From: Alphaproteobacteria bacterium | GTDB lineage: Bacteria; Pseudomonadota; Alphaproteobacteria; MPNO01; UBA830 | Length of the DNA stretch: 64,000 nucleotides | Assembly: GCA_964291215.2 (NCBI GenBank) | Contig: OZ219791.1 | Location: forward strand, 3,392,001-3,456,000 | Reading direction: 5' to 3' | Shown here: one piece after another, positions 42,085 through 52,698 of the stretch | Numbering within the stretch: position 1 is the stretch's first letter | Layout: each line of letters opens with the position of its first letter | Notes under the pieces: model-generated | Database searches by the model: none | Told to the model about the DNA's origin: nothing | Seen by the model: only the letters and a program-made list of their open reading frames with translations | Translations under genes and position numbers: made by a program

Positions 42085-43275
42085 TCAGACGATCTCGGGC
42101 AAGCGCTCTGCCGGCGGCGTGTTGCGACTTCTTCCGCTCGCCACCTTGCCGTCGATGACCACCATTCCCACGCCGGGGATGTCTCCCATGCGGACGCTCT
42201 CCAGCAAGTCCTTTCCTGCGGTGTGCTGGGCGCGGTCGAGGAACACGAAGTCGGCCGTACGTCCCTGCTCGATCAACCCGCAATCGAGATCACGCACCCT
42301 GGCCGTGTTTCCGGTTGCAAAACAGAAGACTGTCTCGGCCGGCACCTCCCCAAGCGATGACAGGATCGCGATCGTTCGCAATATTCCGAGCGGCTGAACC
42401 CCCGAACCGGCCGGACCGTCGGTGCCGAGGATCACCCGTTCGAGCTGGCCAAGTTCGGTCGCCGTGCGAAGCGCGAACAGCGCTGCCGTCGCGTTGCCGT
42501 TGTGGACGATCTCGATGCCGGCCCGGCAATCCTCGCACAGGCAACGGATCTGGTCGAGGGGTAGTGAGGTGTGGCCGCCATTGATGTGTCCGATGATGTC
42601 GGCGCCGGCCTCGAGGACCACATCCTTGTCGATCAGGCCGGAGCCCGGAATCGACGGGCCGCCGGTGTGTATCGTCGACTGGATCCCGTACTTGCGAGCC
42701 CAGTCCACCATCTGACGGGCCTCGGTTCCGGCCTTGACGCCGCCGAGCCCGATTTCGCCGAGGAGCTTGACGCCGGCCTCTGCGAGTTCCTTGAAATCCT
42801 CCTCGACCATTCCGGTCTCGAGAATGGGTGCTCCGGCATGAACCTTCACGCCGCCCGGCGGAAATGCTGAAAACGCGCGTTGCGCGGTGATGCCGAGCGC
42901 GACCACGCCTCTCGGGTCCTTCGGGCGGCCCGGCAGATGGACCTCGCCGGCGGATATCATCGTCGTGACCCCGCCATGCATCGAGGAGTCTATCCAGTTG
43001 AGCTGGCTCTGGCGGGGCGTCCAGTCCCCGAATACTGGATGGACATGGCTGTCGATCAGGCCGGGGCAGAGCGTGACGCCATGAGCGTCGATGGCGAGAT
43101 CCGCCCCTTCCTGATCGACATCGGCGGCCTTGCCGAAGGCCGAGATCCGGCCGTCTACGGCGACCAGGGTATCCGCATCGAGGACAGGAGATTCAAGCGC
43201 CCCCGAGAGCATCATGCCGATGTTGCGGATGACGGTCTTGCCCTTGGGTACCTCTCGAAGTATCGCTCCGGCCAT
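42085..43275 (-). CDS. ena: Enamidase (amidohydrolase)
   Basis: PGLIDSHVH, SAGEVH, IHTGGPSIPGS, GHINGGHT, GTDGPAGSGV; near hnr. Confidence 0.82.
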   Translation of the reverse strand: MAGAILREVPKGKTVIRNIGMMLSGALESPVLDADTLVAVDGRISAFGKAADVDQEGADLAIDAHGVTLCPGLIDSHVHPVFGDWTPRQSQLNWIDSSMHGGVTTMISAGEVHLPGRPKDPRGVVALGITAQRAFSAFPPGGVKVHAGAPILETGMVEEDFKELAEAGVKLLGEIGLGGVKAGTEARQMVDWARKYGIQSTIHTGGPSIPGSGLIDKDVVLEAGADIIGHINGGHTSLPLDQIRCLCEDCRAGIEIVHNGNATAALFALRTATELGQLERVILGTDGPAGSGVQPLGILRTIAILSSLGEVPAETVFCFATGNTARVRDLDCGLIEQGRTADFVFLDRAQHTAGKDLLESVRMGDIPGVGMVVIDGKVASGRSRNTPPAERLPEIV

Positions 43276-43302
43276 GTCGCGGCTCCTTCCCCGTGGCTGA
43301 CG

Positions 43303-44016
43303 TTATTCGGCGGCCGCCGGCGCATTGCGCCGATCGGAAGCCTCAAGCCGCGCACACAGATCGTCAGTCGCCTGTACGTCTCCGAAATGCAGGTAGAACG
43401 CCTTCAGCGCGTTGGCGTGTTCCTCATCGGTTGCCGTCGCACAGCCGTCAGACACCATGAGCGTGCGGTAGTTGAGCATCATCGCGTCGCGGGCGGTAGA
43501 TTCACAACACACGTTTGTTGCGACGCCGCAGATCAGGACGTTCTCGATACCATGATCCTTGAGCACGAGTTCGATGTCGGACGAGCCCTGAATGAAGGCG
43601 CTGTAGCGCCGCTTGATGACGCGGTGGTCTTCCTCTTGCACATCGAGCGTCGGCCAGAGTTCGAACGGCCAGGCGCCGCGGGTCATGGAGTTGATGCGGA
43701 TGTCGCCCTTCTCCGGGAGATTGCGCTCGTGGGCGGTCTTCCACGAGACCGGCGTGTCGGCCGGCGCCAGATTCTGTATCCAGATGACGATTCCGCCGGT
43801 GCGCCGCACGGTATCGGCGATCCTGTTGACATTGTCGACAATAGTCTGGCCGACCGGGCAGCCGGCCTGCTGGGTCTCGTCCATGAAATAGTTCTGCATG
43901 TCGACGACCACGAGCGCGGTCTTCTCGGTGTCGAAGGTCTCGCAGGTGTGCTCGCGGCCCTGACGCGCAACGATGCGGTCGATGTAGTCGCGGGGCATTT
44001 CAAATGGATGCGGCAT
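43303..44016 (-). CDS. Isochorismatase-family cysteine hydrolase
   Basis: VVDMQNYF, KRRYSAF, GVATNVCCESTARDA. Confidence 0.88.
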   Translation of the reverse strand: MPHPFEMPRDYIDRIVARQGREHTCETFDTEKTALVVVDMQNYFMDETQQAGCPVGQTIVDNVNRIADTVRRTGGIVIWIQNLAPADTPVSWKTAHERNLPEKGDIRINSMTRGAWPFELWPTLDVQEEDHRVIKRRYSAFIQGSSDIELVLKDHGIENVLICGVATNVCCESTARDAMMLNYRTLMVSDGCATATDEEHANALKAFYLHFGDVQATDDLCARLEASDRRNAPAAAE

Positions 44017-44458
44017 GTTACGGTCTCCATCGAGGATGATCATCGGATCCTCGATCATACGTCCGGATTGGGCGCCGGCCAACATGCGCCAGCATTTTCT
44101 CGAGTTACGGTTGATGATGTCGGGGCGTTGGCGGCGACCGAGGCCCCGTGTCCGCGCTCCTTGCCGTCGACGGGGCGGAACTGGCACGCCTCTCGCCGGG
44201 ATGACAGATTCTGATTTCCGGGTCCGGGAAATTCCGGCACACCGCGGAGCCCACGGACGGAGAAAGATGGCTCTGACCGCGGGCATTGGTTTGGATGGCA
44301 GGCGGGTTTTTGCTATAGACAGGCAGACTGACAACCAGCGGCAAGCGTCGCAGGGAGCGTCCCTGAGGTTTCGTGACGGGTGTACGGCCCGACTTCCGGC
44401 CGCGGTCGGCATGGAAGCCGGTCGGGGCCGTAGCACCGGAACGAGCTGAGGAGCGAAG

Positions 44459-45031
44459 ATGTCTGCCAGGAAAAATAGCGGCGTTTCCGCACCGGTCTGG
44501 TTCACGATCGTGACCGTGCCGAGGGTGATTATCGGCCTGGTCATCCTCGTCGGCATCGCGATCAATTTTGCGAACGTGATCGGACGCTATGTCTTTCTCG
44601 AACCCATCATTTGGGCAGAGGAGATCATGATCTACATCATGGTCTGGACCGTTTTCATCGGAGCCGTCCTGGTGTCATTCGAGGGGCAGCATCTGAAGAT
44701 GGACTTCTTTTCGGTCATGCTCCCGTCGCCGTGGAAAGAGATCATCAACTTCGTCGCCACCATCGCGATTCTCGCCGTCTGCGTCTTCGTTATTCCGCAG
44801 AACTGGACGGTTGTCGAGTTGATGTGGAACAACGACCAGCGCAGTGTGGTTGCCGAGGTTCCAATGGTAATTCCGCACTTTGCGCTGCTATTGGGCTTCG
44901 TTCTCATTTTCGTGGCCATCGTGGTGCGTTTCAGATCGCATATTACGGGCACTCTGTCGAGCGAGGTCGATGAGATCGTCGAGGAATATGGCGGCGATAT
45001 CGACGCGCCTGCCGGGTTGTCGGAGAAGTAG
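44459..45031 (+). CDS. dctQ: TRAP transporter small permease
   Basis: NVIGRYVF, WAEE, four TM segments, upstream of dctM. Confidence 0.88.
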   Translation: MSARKNSGVSAPVWFTIVTVPRVIIGLVILVGIAINFANVIGRYVFLEPIIWAEEIMIYIMVWTVFIGAVLVSFEGQHLKMDFFSVMLPSPWKEIINFVATIAILAVCVFVIPQNWTVVELMWNNDQRSVVAEVPMVIPHFALLLGFVLIFVAIVVRFRSHITGTLSSEVDEIVEEYGGDIDAPAGLSEK

Positions 45032-45067
45032 ACCGGCCGCCGACATCAAGTTACAGGGAGAGTTTTC

Positions 45068-46342
45068 ATGGAATGGGTAATGGCGGTCGTCCCGGTAGTT
45101 CTGTTGTTGCTGGGATTCCCCATCTTCGTGATCCTGCTGGCGACGCCGGCGATCATCCTCCTGATTTTCGCGCCGGTGCCGCCGATGGCGGTGCACATCA
45201 ACATGTTTGGAAGCGTTGACAAATTTGCGCTGATGGCAGTGCCGTTCTTCATCTTTGCCGGAGAGCTGATGGGCCATGGCGGAATCTCGAAGCGAATTGT
45301 CGCCTGGGTGCTCTCGATCATTGGCGGTGTGCGCGGAAGCCTTGCACTCACCACGGTCGGCACCTGCACCGTCTTCGGCGCGATCTCGGGCTCAAGCCCG
45401 GCAACGGTGGCCGCCGTCGGGCGACTGCTCTACGGGCCGCTCCGCGACGCCGGCTACGACGAGAAGTTCTCAAGCGGACTTCTCGCCTCCTCGGGCGCCA
45501 TCGCCATCGTCATTCCGCCGTCGATCGGCATGATCCTCTACGGCGCGTCGGCCGAGCAGTCGGTGGCCTTGCTGTTCATCGCCGGGATCATTCCGGGCCT
45601 TATCATGGCCGCGCTCATGGCAGCCTACATCTACGCCTTTGCGCTCAGGAGGAACATTCGCGAGGCTGCGGGCTTTTCTTTCGGCGAATTCCTTCGTGCC
45701 AGCAAGGACGGCATCTGGGCGCTCGGCACGCCAATCATCATCCTCGGCGGCATCTATGCCGGCATCTTCTCGCCCACCGAGTCGGCGGGCATAGCCTGCG
45801 TCTATGCGATCATCGTGACCCGCTTCATCTACGGCGATATCGACTGGAAGGGTATCTGGGACGTCTCGGTCAATTCCATGTACCTCACGGCCCAGGTCCT
45901 GATCATCGTTGCCGCCGCCGGCGTGTTCTCCCAGCTTCTGACCATCAGCGGCATTCCGCAGAGCGCTGTCGTCGCGATCAAGGAAATGAATCTCGAACCA
46001 TGGATGGTTCTCCTCGTCATCAACGTCTTCCTGCTGTTCGTGGGCTGCCTGCTTGATCCCGGTTCGGCCATCCTCGTGCTGACGCCGCTTCTTGCGCCGA
46101 TTGCGGCGGCCATGGGGGTCGATCTGATCCACTTCGGGATCATCATGACCGTCAATCTCGCAATCGGCATGTTCACGCCGCCGTTCGGGCTGAACATCTT
46201 CGTGACGCAGGCACTCTTCAAGGTGCCGCTCTCGAGCATCTATCCGGGGCTGATCCCGTTCATTTTCATCAATATCATCGCACTGCTGATCGTAACCTAT
46301 GTTCCGGAACTCTCGCTGTTCCTGACCCGTTACGTCAACTAG
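45068..46342 (+). CDS. dctM: TRAP transporter large permease
   Basis: AVPFFIFAGELM, GAISGSS, IPPSI, SPTES, TPPFG. Confidence 0.92.
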   Translation: MEWVMAVVPVVLLLLGFPIFVILLATPAIILLIFAPVPPMAVHINMFGSVDKFALMAVPFFIFAGELMGHGGISKRIVAWVLSIIGGVRGSLALTTVGTCTVFGAISGSSPATVAAVGRLLYGPLRDAGYDEKFSSGLLASSGAIAIVIPPSIGMILYGASAEQSVALLFIAGIIPGLIMAALMAAYIYAFALRRNIREAAGFSFGEFLRASKDGIWALGTPIIILGGIYAGIFSPTESAGIACVYAIIVTRFIYGDIDWKGIWDVSVNSMYLTAQVLIIVAAAGVFSQLLTISGIPQSAVVAIKEMNLEPWMVLLVINVFLLFVGCLLDPGSAILVLTPLLAPIAAAMGVDLIHFGIIMTVNLAIGMFTPPFGLNIFVTQALFKVPLSSIYPGLIPFIFINIIALLIVTYVPELSLFLTRYVN

Positions 46343-46404
46343 CACGCGGGTCGGCGCCGCGGCACGGCCGCCGACCCGGGCGCTGTCGTGGCAGGTGAAG
46401 GCAG

Positions 46405-47289
46405 ATGACGGAGAATCGCAGGCTGGGCCTGCTTGCGCTTGCGCTGACCATATTTTGCTTCGGGACGCTGTGGACCGCGGGCAAGTTCGCGATCGATCAT
46501 GTCCCGCCGCTGTGGTTTACGGCCGGTCGCTTCGCCATCGGCGGCCTCTTCATTGCATCACTGCTTGCGCTCCAGGGCCGGCTGCGGCTGCCGGCCCGCG
46601 CCGACATCCCGATCATTCTAAGCGTTGGCGGCTTCATGTTCGGCGTCTACTCCTCAATTTTCCAGAGCGCCCTGGAATTCGTCCATGCCGGCCGCGCTAC
46701 GATCCTCGGCTACACGACGGCAATCTTCGTGACGCCGGCCGCGGTACTGTTCCTCGGCGAACGCCTGTCGGGCGTAAGATTCACCGGCCTCATAGCGGCG
46801 ATCGCCGGATTTCTCGTCCTGTTCAACCCGCTGGAGCTCGACTGGTCGGACCGCGAGGTCCTGGTCGGCAACGCCATGATCGTGTTCTGTGTAATCATGT
46901 GGTCGGGCGTCATCCTCCATATCAGGGCTCACCGCCAGGTCTCGGATACGCTGCAGCTGGTCCCGTTCTTCCTGCTGGTTGCCTGCACGGTCGCGACATG
47001 CTCGGCCCTGGTCTTCGAGGGCCTGCCGGATTTCGAGGTGACCGAGACCGTCGTCTGGCTCTATCTCTATTCTGGGGCGATCGCGAGCGGCCTCGGCAAC
47101 TGGGGCGTGACCACGGCGATACGGAACCTGCCATCAGCGGTTTCGACGGTCGGCCTTCTCGGCGTGCCGGTGCTTGCGCTCGTTATCAGCATCTTGTTTC
47201 TCGGGGAGGTTCTGACCTGGTCGCTGGGCGTGGGGATCGTGTTGATCACCGCGGGAATTACCATCGTCACACTATCGAAGGACAGTTGA
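46405..47289 (+). CDS. DMT/EamA family transporter
   Basis: About 10 hydrophobic segments; LFLGE repeated twice. Confidence 0.87.
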   Translation: MTENRRLGLLALALTIFCFGTLWTAGKFAIDHVPPLWFTAGRFAIGGLFIASLLALQGRLRLPARADIPIILSVGGFMFGVYSSIFQSALEFVHAGRATILGYTTAIFVTPAAVLFLGERLSGVRFTGLIAAIAGFLVLFNPLELDWSDREVLVGNAMIVFCVIMWSGVILHIRAHRQVSDTLQLVPFFLLVACTVATCSALVFEGLPDFEVTETVVWLYLYSGAIASGLGNWGVTTAIRNLPSAVSTVGLLGVPVLALVISILFLGEVLTWSLGVGIVLITAGITIVTLSKDS

Positions 47290-47302
47290 GGGAGACAGCT
47301 GC

Positions 47303-48052
47303 ATGCTTGCAGACAGAACCATCATCGTAACCGGCGCGGCGAGCGGAATTGGGCGCGCCTGCGCCACGCGCCTTCTCGAACAGGGCAACCGCGTGGTTGC
47401 CGTGGATCTCGGCCGCGACGCTCTCGAGGCGGAACACGGCGGCGAGACCGGCAGCCTCAGGCTGATCGCGGGCGATGTCGCGCTGCCGGAAACGGCGGCG
47501 CGCGCCAGCGCCGCGGCGGTATCCGAATTCGGAGGCGTCGATGGCCTTGCCCATTTCGCTGCAGCGCACTCGAAACTCGACTGGCAGAAAGCGGATGCCG
47601 GGGAGTTCAACCGCATCCTCTCGATCAACGTGACCGGGTCGTTCCTCATGGCCAAGGCGGCGGCCGAGGCGATGATCGAGCGCGGCATCCGCGGCGCGAT
47701 GGTACTGACCGCGTCGGGCGGCGTCCTGATGGGCGGCACTGGAGAGCAGGGACGCGGGGGTCCCGCCTACACGACATCGAAGGGCGGTGTACTGATTCTC
47801 GTCCGCTGCCTTGCAAAGTCCTGGGGATGCCATGGCATCCGCGTCAACGCCTTGAGCCCCGGTGTTGTCGAGACGGCGATGACGTCGAACTACACGGCCA
47901 AGGCCAAGAGGGACGCGGCGGCGCGCGCTGCGCTCGGCCGGATTTCTCAGCCTGAGGACCAGGCGGCCACCGCCATCTGGTTGCTGTCCGACGACGCAGC
48001 ATTTATCACCGGTGAGAATGTCAACGTCAATGGCGGCGCGGCCTTTGGCTAG
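47303..48052 (+). CDS. SDR family oxidoreductase
   Basis: TGAASGIG, YTTSK, IRVNALSPG. Confidence 0.9.
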   Translation: MLADRTIIVTGAASGIGRACATRLLEQGNRVVAVDLGRDALEAEHGGETGSLRLIAGDVALPETAARASAAAVSEFGGVDGLAHFAAAHSKLDWQKADAGEFNRILSINVTGSFLMAKAAAEAMIERGIRGAMVLTASGGVLMGGTGEQGRGGPAYTTSKGGVLILVRCLAKSWGCHGIRVNALSPGVVETAMTSNYTAKAKRDAAARAALGRISQPEDQAATAIWLLSDDAAFITGENVNVNGGAAFG

Positions 48053-48437
48053 GCTGCTGGTTCCGCATACCTGGGTTCGTGCGCGTTGCGAAAGATTCCT
48101 GGAGGCCGCGGTGCAGCAGCCGTCGCCGTCGTGGTTGGAACAGGTTCGCGGGTGCGAGGGCGGGATGAGCGGGTATCGATGTCGGAATCGCTGGCCCGCA
48201 GGTTTGCCCGCGACGGTTTCGGCGTATTGCGCCGAATGGCGGAGGCTGTCAGCCTTGACTTCGGAAACCCGGATGTCCTAGGGTTTTTGACACCCGTCAC
48301 GGTCGGTATGGTGCCGTTCGCGGAGGATCCGTCCGACGGTGTCAGCGCTTGAGCAGGTGGGATCAGAGGCACACCGGAACCGGCTCTTGCAGTGGTAGGG
48401 AAGCGTCAGTCTAGCAACTCGACGAAAGGGAGGGAGC

Positions 48438-49478
48438 ATGTTTCTTAGAAACGCCTGGTATGTTGCCGCCTGGGAGGCCGAGATCGGCGCCCAGCCCTTT
48501 GCACGCACGATTCTCGGCGACCCTGTCGCTCTTTTCCGCACGGCCGACGGCGAAATCGCAGCCCTCGAGGACCGATGCTGTCACCGCTCACTGCCCCTGT
48601 CGCTCGGAACGGTAGTCGGCGAACGCATTCAGTGCGGCTATCATGGGCTCGAGTTCAATCGGTCGGGAACCTGCGTGAAGGTGCCCGGCCAGTCGAAGAT
48701 TCCGCCAGGAGCCAAAGTTCGCGCCTACCCGGTGGTCCGGCGCTACGGATGGGTGTGGATATGGCCGGGCGATCCCGACAAGGCCGACGAAGCGCTGCTT
48801 CCCGACTGGTGGTGGTGCGAGAGCCCGGAATGGAAAACGATCCCGGGCCGCGACAGCACGCCGCTGCATGTGGAGGCAAACTACCTGCTGATTTCCGATA
48901 ACCTGTTCGACATCACCCATCTTGCCTATGTCCACACCTCGTCGATCGGCAATCTCGACATCATGGATTTTCCGGTCAAGACGCAGCGCTTCGACCGCCG
49001 CGCTGTAATGACCCGGTTGGTGCTCGACCGTCCGCCCGCACCGTTCTACAAGAAGGCGGGGGGATTCGAGGGCAATGTCGACCGCTGGCTGATCACCACC
49101 TCCGACCTTCCATGCTACATCGTCAATGACGCGGGATCGGTCGAGGTCGGCACCGGCATCACGCCCGGCGAGGCCGACGAGGCCAGGGGAGTCGAGATGA
49201 AGGTTATGAACGTCCCGACACCGGAGACGGACACCTCGACCCATTATTTCTACGCCCATGCGCGGCATTTCAAGATAGATTCGGAGGAGTGGGACGAGAT
49301 CTACCGCGCCGAGTTCATGGGCGTGTTCGACGAGGACAAGGTCATCCTTGAGGCGCAGCAGCGAAATATGAGCGGTCTGAACGGGGCGCACGAGATCGAC
49401 ATCAACGGCGACGCGCCCAATATTCTGGCGCGGAATATGCTCGACGAGCTGATTGCCGCCGAGCAGCGGCAGTCGTGA
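48438..49478 (+). CDS. Rieske non-heme iron oxygenase alpha subunit (VanA-like demethylase)
   Basis: CCHR...CGYHG Rieske site; DNLFDITHLAYVH mononuclear Fe site. Confidence 0.9.
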   Translation: MFLRNAWYVAAWEAEIGAQPFARTILGDPVALFRTADGEIAALEDRCCHRSLPLSLGTVVGERIQCGYHGLEFNRSGTCVKVPGQSKIPPGAKVRAYPVVRRYGWVWIWPGDPDKADEALLPDWWWCESPEWKTIPGRDSTPLHVEANYLLISDNLFDITHLAYVHTSSIGNLDIMDFPVKTQRFDRRAVMTRLVLDRPPAPFYKKAGGFEGNVDRWLITTSDLPCYIVNDAGSVEVGTGITPGEADEARGVEMKVMNVPTPETDTSTHYFYAHARHFKIDSEEWDEIYRAEFMGVFDEDKVILEAQQRNMSGLNGAHEIDINGDAPNILARNMLDELIAAEQRQS

Positions 49479-50680
49479 GTGCGGATCAGGAGCAGGACAT
49501 AGTGCCGGGACCGCTTGATAGGGTGCGCATCCTCGAACTGACCACGATGATCACGGGATCATTGTGCGGTCAGATGCTGGGTGATCTTGGCGCCGATGTT
49601 ATCAAGGTCGAAAAACCCGATGGCGGAGACATGTTCCGGGCGTGGCGCGGCGGGACATATTCAGGGCAGTTTACCGCCTACAACCGGAACAAGCGCTCCA
49701 TCACGCTCGACCTTCGAAGCGATGAAGGGCGCGAGATCGTGCTGCGGCTGGCCGAACGGGCGGACGTGTTGATCGAGAATTTTCGCCCCGGCGTCATGGA
49801 ACGGCTCGGATTGTCGCTCGATGTCCTACGCTCGAGAAGTCCGAATTTGATCTATTGTTCGATCACGGGGTTCGGAGAGGACGGGCCGTACGACAAGCGC
49901 CCCGCCTACGACGCGGTGGCGCAGTCGCTGTCGGGAATCACCAGCCTGTTCGTCGATCCCGAGAACCCGACGATCACGGGACCGACAATCGCCGACAACA
50001 TGACCGGCATTAACGCTTGCTACGGCATTCTTGGTGCGTTGTTCGAGCGCGAGCGCGGGCGGGTACCGAGGCGAATCGACGTCAACATGATCGAGAGCGC
50101 GATCTGGTTCATCCCCGATCCGTTCGCCAACATGGTCTTGCAGGGAATCGAGCAGGGGCCGCTAGCCCGCGTCCGCGCCTCGCAGTCCTATGGGATGGCC
50201 TGCAAGGACGGGAAGTTGCTTGCGGTCCATCTGTCATCGCCGGAGAAGTTCTGGCTCGGGGTCACGGCTGCCTTCGGGCTCGAACACTTGCGTGACGATC
50301 CCCGATTTCATGAACGCATGCTCAGGATGGACAACTATCTCGAACTCCACGGAGAGTTCAAGACGATGGCGAAGACAATGCCACGTGATCACTGGACGCC
50401 GCGGCTGGAAGCGAATGATGTGCCCTATGCGCCGATCAACACGCTGGAGGACGTGTTCGGTGATCCCCAAGTCCGGCACCTCGGAACCTTCGCCGAAGTA
50501 GAACAGCCGGGCAAGGGGCGTCAGAAATTCGCCCGGCGCGCGGTCTGGTACGACGGCTCCCGGGACGACCAGCCCCTTGACCTGGCGCCGTTCCTTGGCG
50601 AGCACACAGACGACGTGTTGGCAGAACTCGGGCATGACGCCGGCGAGATCGCGGCGCTTCGTGATAAGGGCGTCATCTGA
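49475..50680 (+). CDS. CaiB/BaiF class III CoA transferase
   Basis: LGDLGADVIKVE, NRNKRS, ENFRPG, AYDAVAQ. Confidence 0.88.
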   Translation: MSADQEQDIVPGPLDRVRILELTTMITGSLCGQMLGDLGADVIKVEKPDGGDMFRAWRGGTYSGQFTAYNRNKRSITLDLRSDEGREIVLRLAERADVLIENFRPGVMERLGLSLDVLRSRSPNLIYCSITGFGEDGPYDKRPAYDAVAQSLSGITSLFVDPENPTITGPTIADNMTGINACYGILGALFERERGRVPRRIDVNMIESAIWFIPDPFANMVLQGIEQGPLARVRASQSYGMACKDGKLLAVHLSSPEKFWLGVTAAFGLEHLRDDPRFHERMLRMDNYLELHGEFKTMAKTMPRDHWTPRLEANDVPYAPINTLEDVFGDPQVRHLGTFAEVEQPGKGRQKFARRAVWYDGSRDDQPLDLAPFLGEHTDDVLAELGHDAGEIAALRDKGVI

Positions 50681-50764
50681 CAGCTCCCAATCCCGGAGCG
50701 CCGCTGGCAGTGTGTACCGCCCTATCGGATTTTCCTATGCTTCCTTGAACCTAAAGACCTCGTT

Positions 50765-51430
50765 AGTGCCTGCGCTCGTCAGCCCCTATTCCGATGGCCG
50801 AAAGCACTGCAACATCGCGCACAACGCCGTCATGGCGGGCTTTTTCATAGCGCGCATCCAGGATCAGGTATTTCATCAGGGGCCGGTTGCGCGGCGAGTT
50901 CTTCGTCGAGCAACCTGGTGGCCCGGCTGACCTGAGAAGAGGACAGGCTCCCGAACTCGCGCATTACATTCTGCCATGTGGAAACACCCTTGATGTACAT
51001 CTCGGCTACGGCGCGAGAAGATCGCTGGCCGCGTTCAAGCGACTGGGGACGGGTCGTCCCCGTGACTGGCCCTCTTTGGCACCTGAACGGTAACAGTGGG
51101 GGTGTCGATCCGCTTGTAGCCGTTGGCATAGCCCTGTTGCTCCGGCGTCTGGTGGCCCGCTTTCAAGTGCTGCTCGCGCTCGATTTGCATCGCAAGCTCG
51201 AAGAGCTGGCCAAAGACCCGCCCCAGATCCGTTGCTCCGTTTGCGATCAGATGTTCCAAAACAGTCCCGATCGTCGTAGTGTGTCGCAGGTCCATTCGCT
51301 TCCTCCATGAAGGTTTTCCAACTCCATGGGATAGTACGATGGCGCCGCGTTTCACTGGGGGCTAGCCCCCCAGTGAAACGCCTCAAAGCGCAAACCTCAG
51401 ACAAATTTCCAGACATCAAGTTACAGTACC
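50765..51430 (-). mobile_element. IS256-family 5' remnant
   Basis: FELAMQIEREQHL, GYANGYK, EMYIKGVST, LSSSQVSR; terminal IR at 51404-51430. Confidence 0.8.
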
Positions 51431-51434
51431 TGCT

Positions 51435-51631
51435 GCGCGACGGCGAAATAGTGGCTTGAAGCCGACAAAGGCGTTGCATAAGCTCGATGTTGAAGGAACT
51501 GAAGCTGTTCCCAGGCGGAATCGAGAGGGGCAGAGGGGAAAAATTTGCGCAACATCCGGCCCTCATCTCCGTTCGGGCTACGCCCTCACTGCGATGAGGG
51601 CCGGATGTTGCACTTCAGACTGGAAGTGGGG
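51435..51631 (+). mobile_element. IS30-family right-end fragment
   Basis: Reverse complement of ~56547-56720, including IR CCCCACTTCCAGTCTGAAGTGCAACA. Confidence 0.85.
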
Positions 51632-51820
51632 TCAATTACCTATCGGGAACTCTTACGTTCCGGTCACCATTCAAAAGCTTCCCTCCATGAGTTGAGCAAC
51701 ACGGCGGGAGCCGTTGTGGTAGCGATTGTGGGTACTTTATTAACCACGAGGTTTACCTCTGTCAGCAATCTGTCGGGCTCGTGTAAAGGAGACGAATGAC
51801 GCAGGGCGACAAGAGGGCGA

Positions 51821-52692
51821 TTACGCCTGTCCGGGGACAGAAAGGCGATCGAGGTCGAGGTGGTCACTCTCGACGTAATCACGGGCCGTCATGTCCTCCA
51901 GGCGGTCGGCGGATCGAGACGGAATCGGCCGGTCTGGTCGAAGAAGGCAAGCCACTGATCCATGTGCGTCGGCCAATCGGCCTCAGCGTCCGCGGGATCG
52001 GCGTCCTTGATGAACCACCAGCTAAGCTGGATCTCGGCGTCGTCCCAGGACGGCGCCGCGCGGACCCTGATTTCGCGCAGCGCCCGAAGATGGGCGCCCT
52101 CGTCGGTCTCCTTGTCGTGCTTGTCGACAAGGCGCCTTTGCAGGACCTCGGCCGCGGCGACGAAATCGTCGGGAAAGGCGAAGCGGGACCTCTTGCGAGA
52201 AAGGGCCAGGGCAATGGCCCGCAACTCTTCGTCGGTCTCCCAGCCGGGCGTGCGGGTCCATCGAGCGACAAGGGCCTTCTCCACGGTCATGGTGCGGTCG
52301 AGGTCGGCGACCAGGCGGTCGCCGGCGACGGCCGGCACGTAGGCGAAGGCGGGGCGCTTGAGGCGGCGGACGGCCTCGACCCACTCCTCGGACACCTCGA
52401 TCAGGGGCGCGACTTCGACGAAGGGCCGGGAACGGCAGCTCCGGACGACATCGCAAGTCTGGCTGAGCATGACCATGTCGCGGGCTTCGTCTAGGATCGG
52501 CGTGGGACCGTCCTCAATGGGCTTGCCGTCATTGGCCATGGCCTCGGCGATTTGGTTGGACGCCGGGCTATGCGGACGGGTGAGGTCGGCGAGATGAAGG
52601 AACTCCAGGCCGGCGTCCAGGGAAACATCTCCCTGGCGCCAAGCCTGGAGGGCCTCGTCAATCGCCCGCTCGTCCTCTTCCATCAAAGGCAT
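51821..52692 (-). CDS. Hypothetical protein (WRQGD...SQTCD), possibly MazF/PemK-like N-domain; frameshift near the 3' end
   Basis: ORF 51889-52692; an alternative frame near 51900 continues LEDMTARDYVESDHLDLDRLSVPGQA* to 51821; last gene of a tightly packed operon. Confidence 0.65.
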
Positions 52693-52698
52693 GAAGCA

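Noticed and set aside
48053-48437. Short ORFs in this intergenic gap (likewise 15050-15440 and 18170-18660)
   Set aside because: No recognisable motifs, RBS or repeat support
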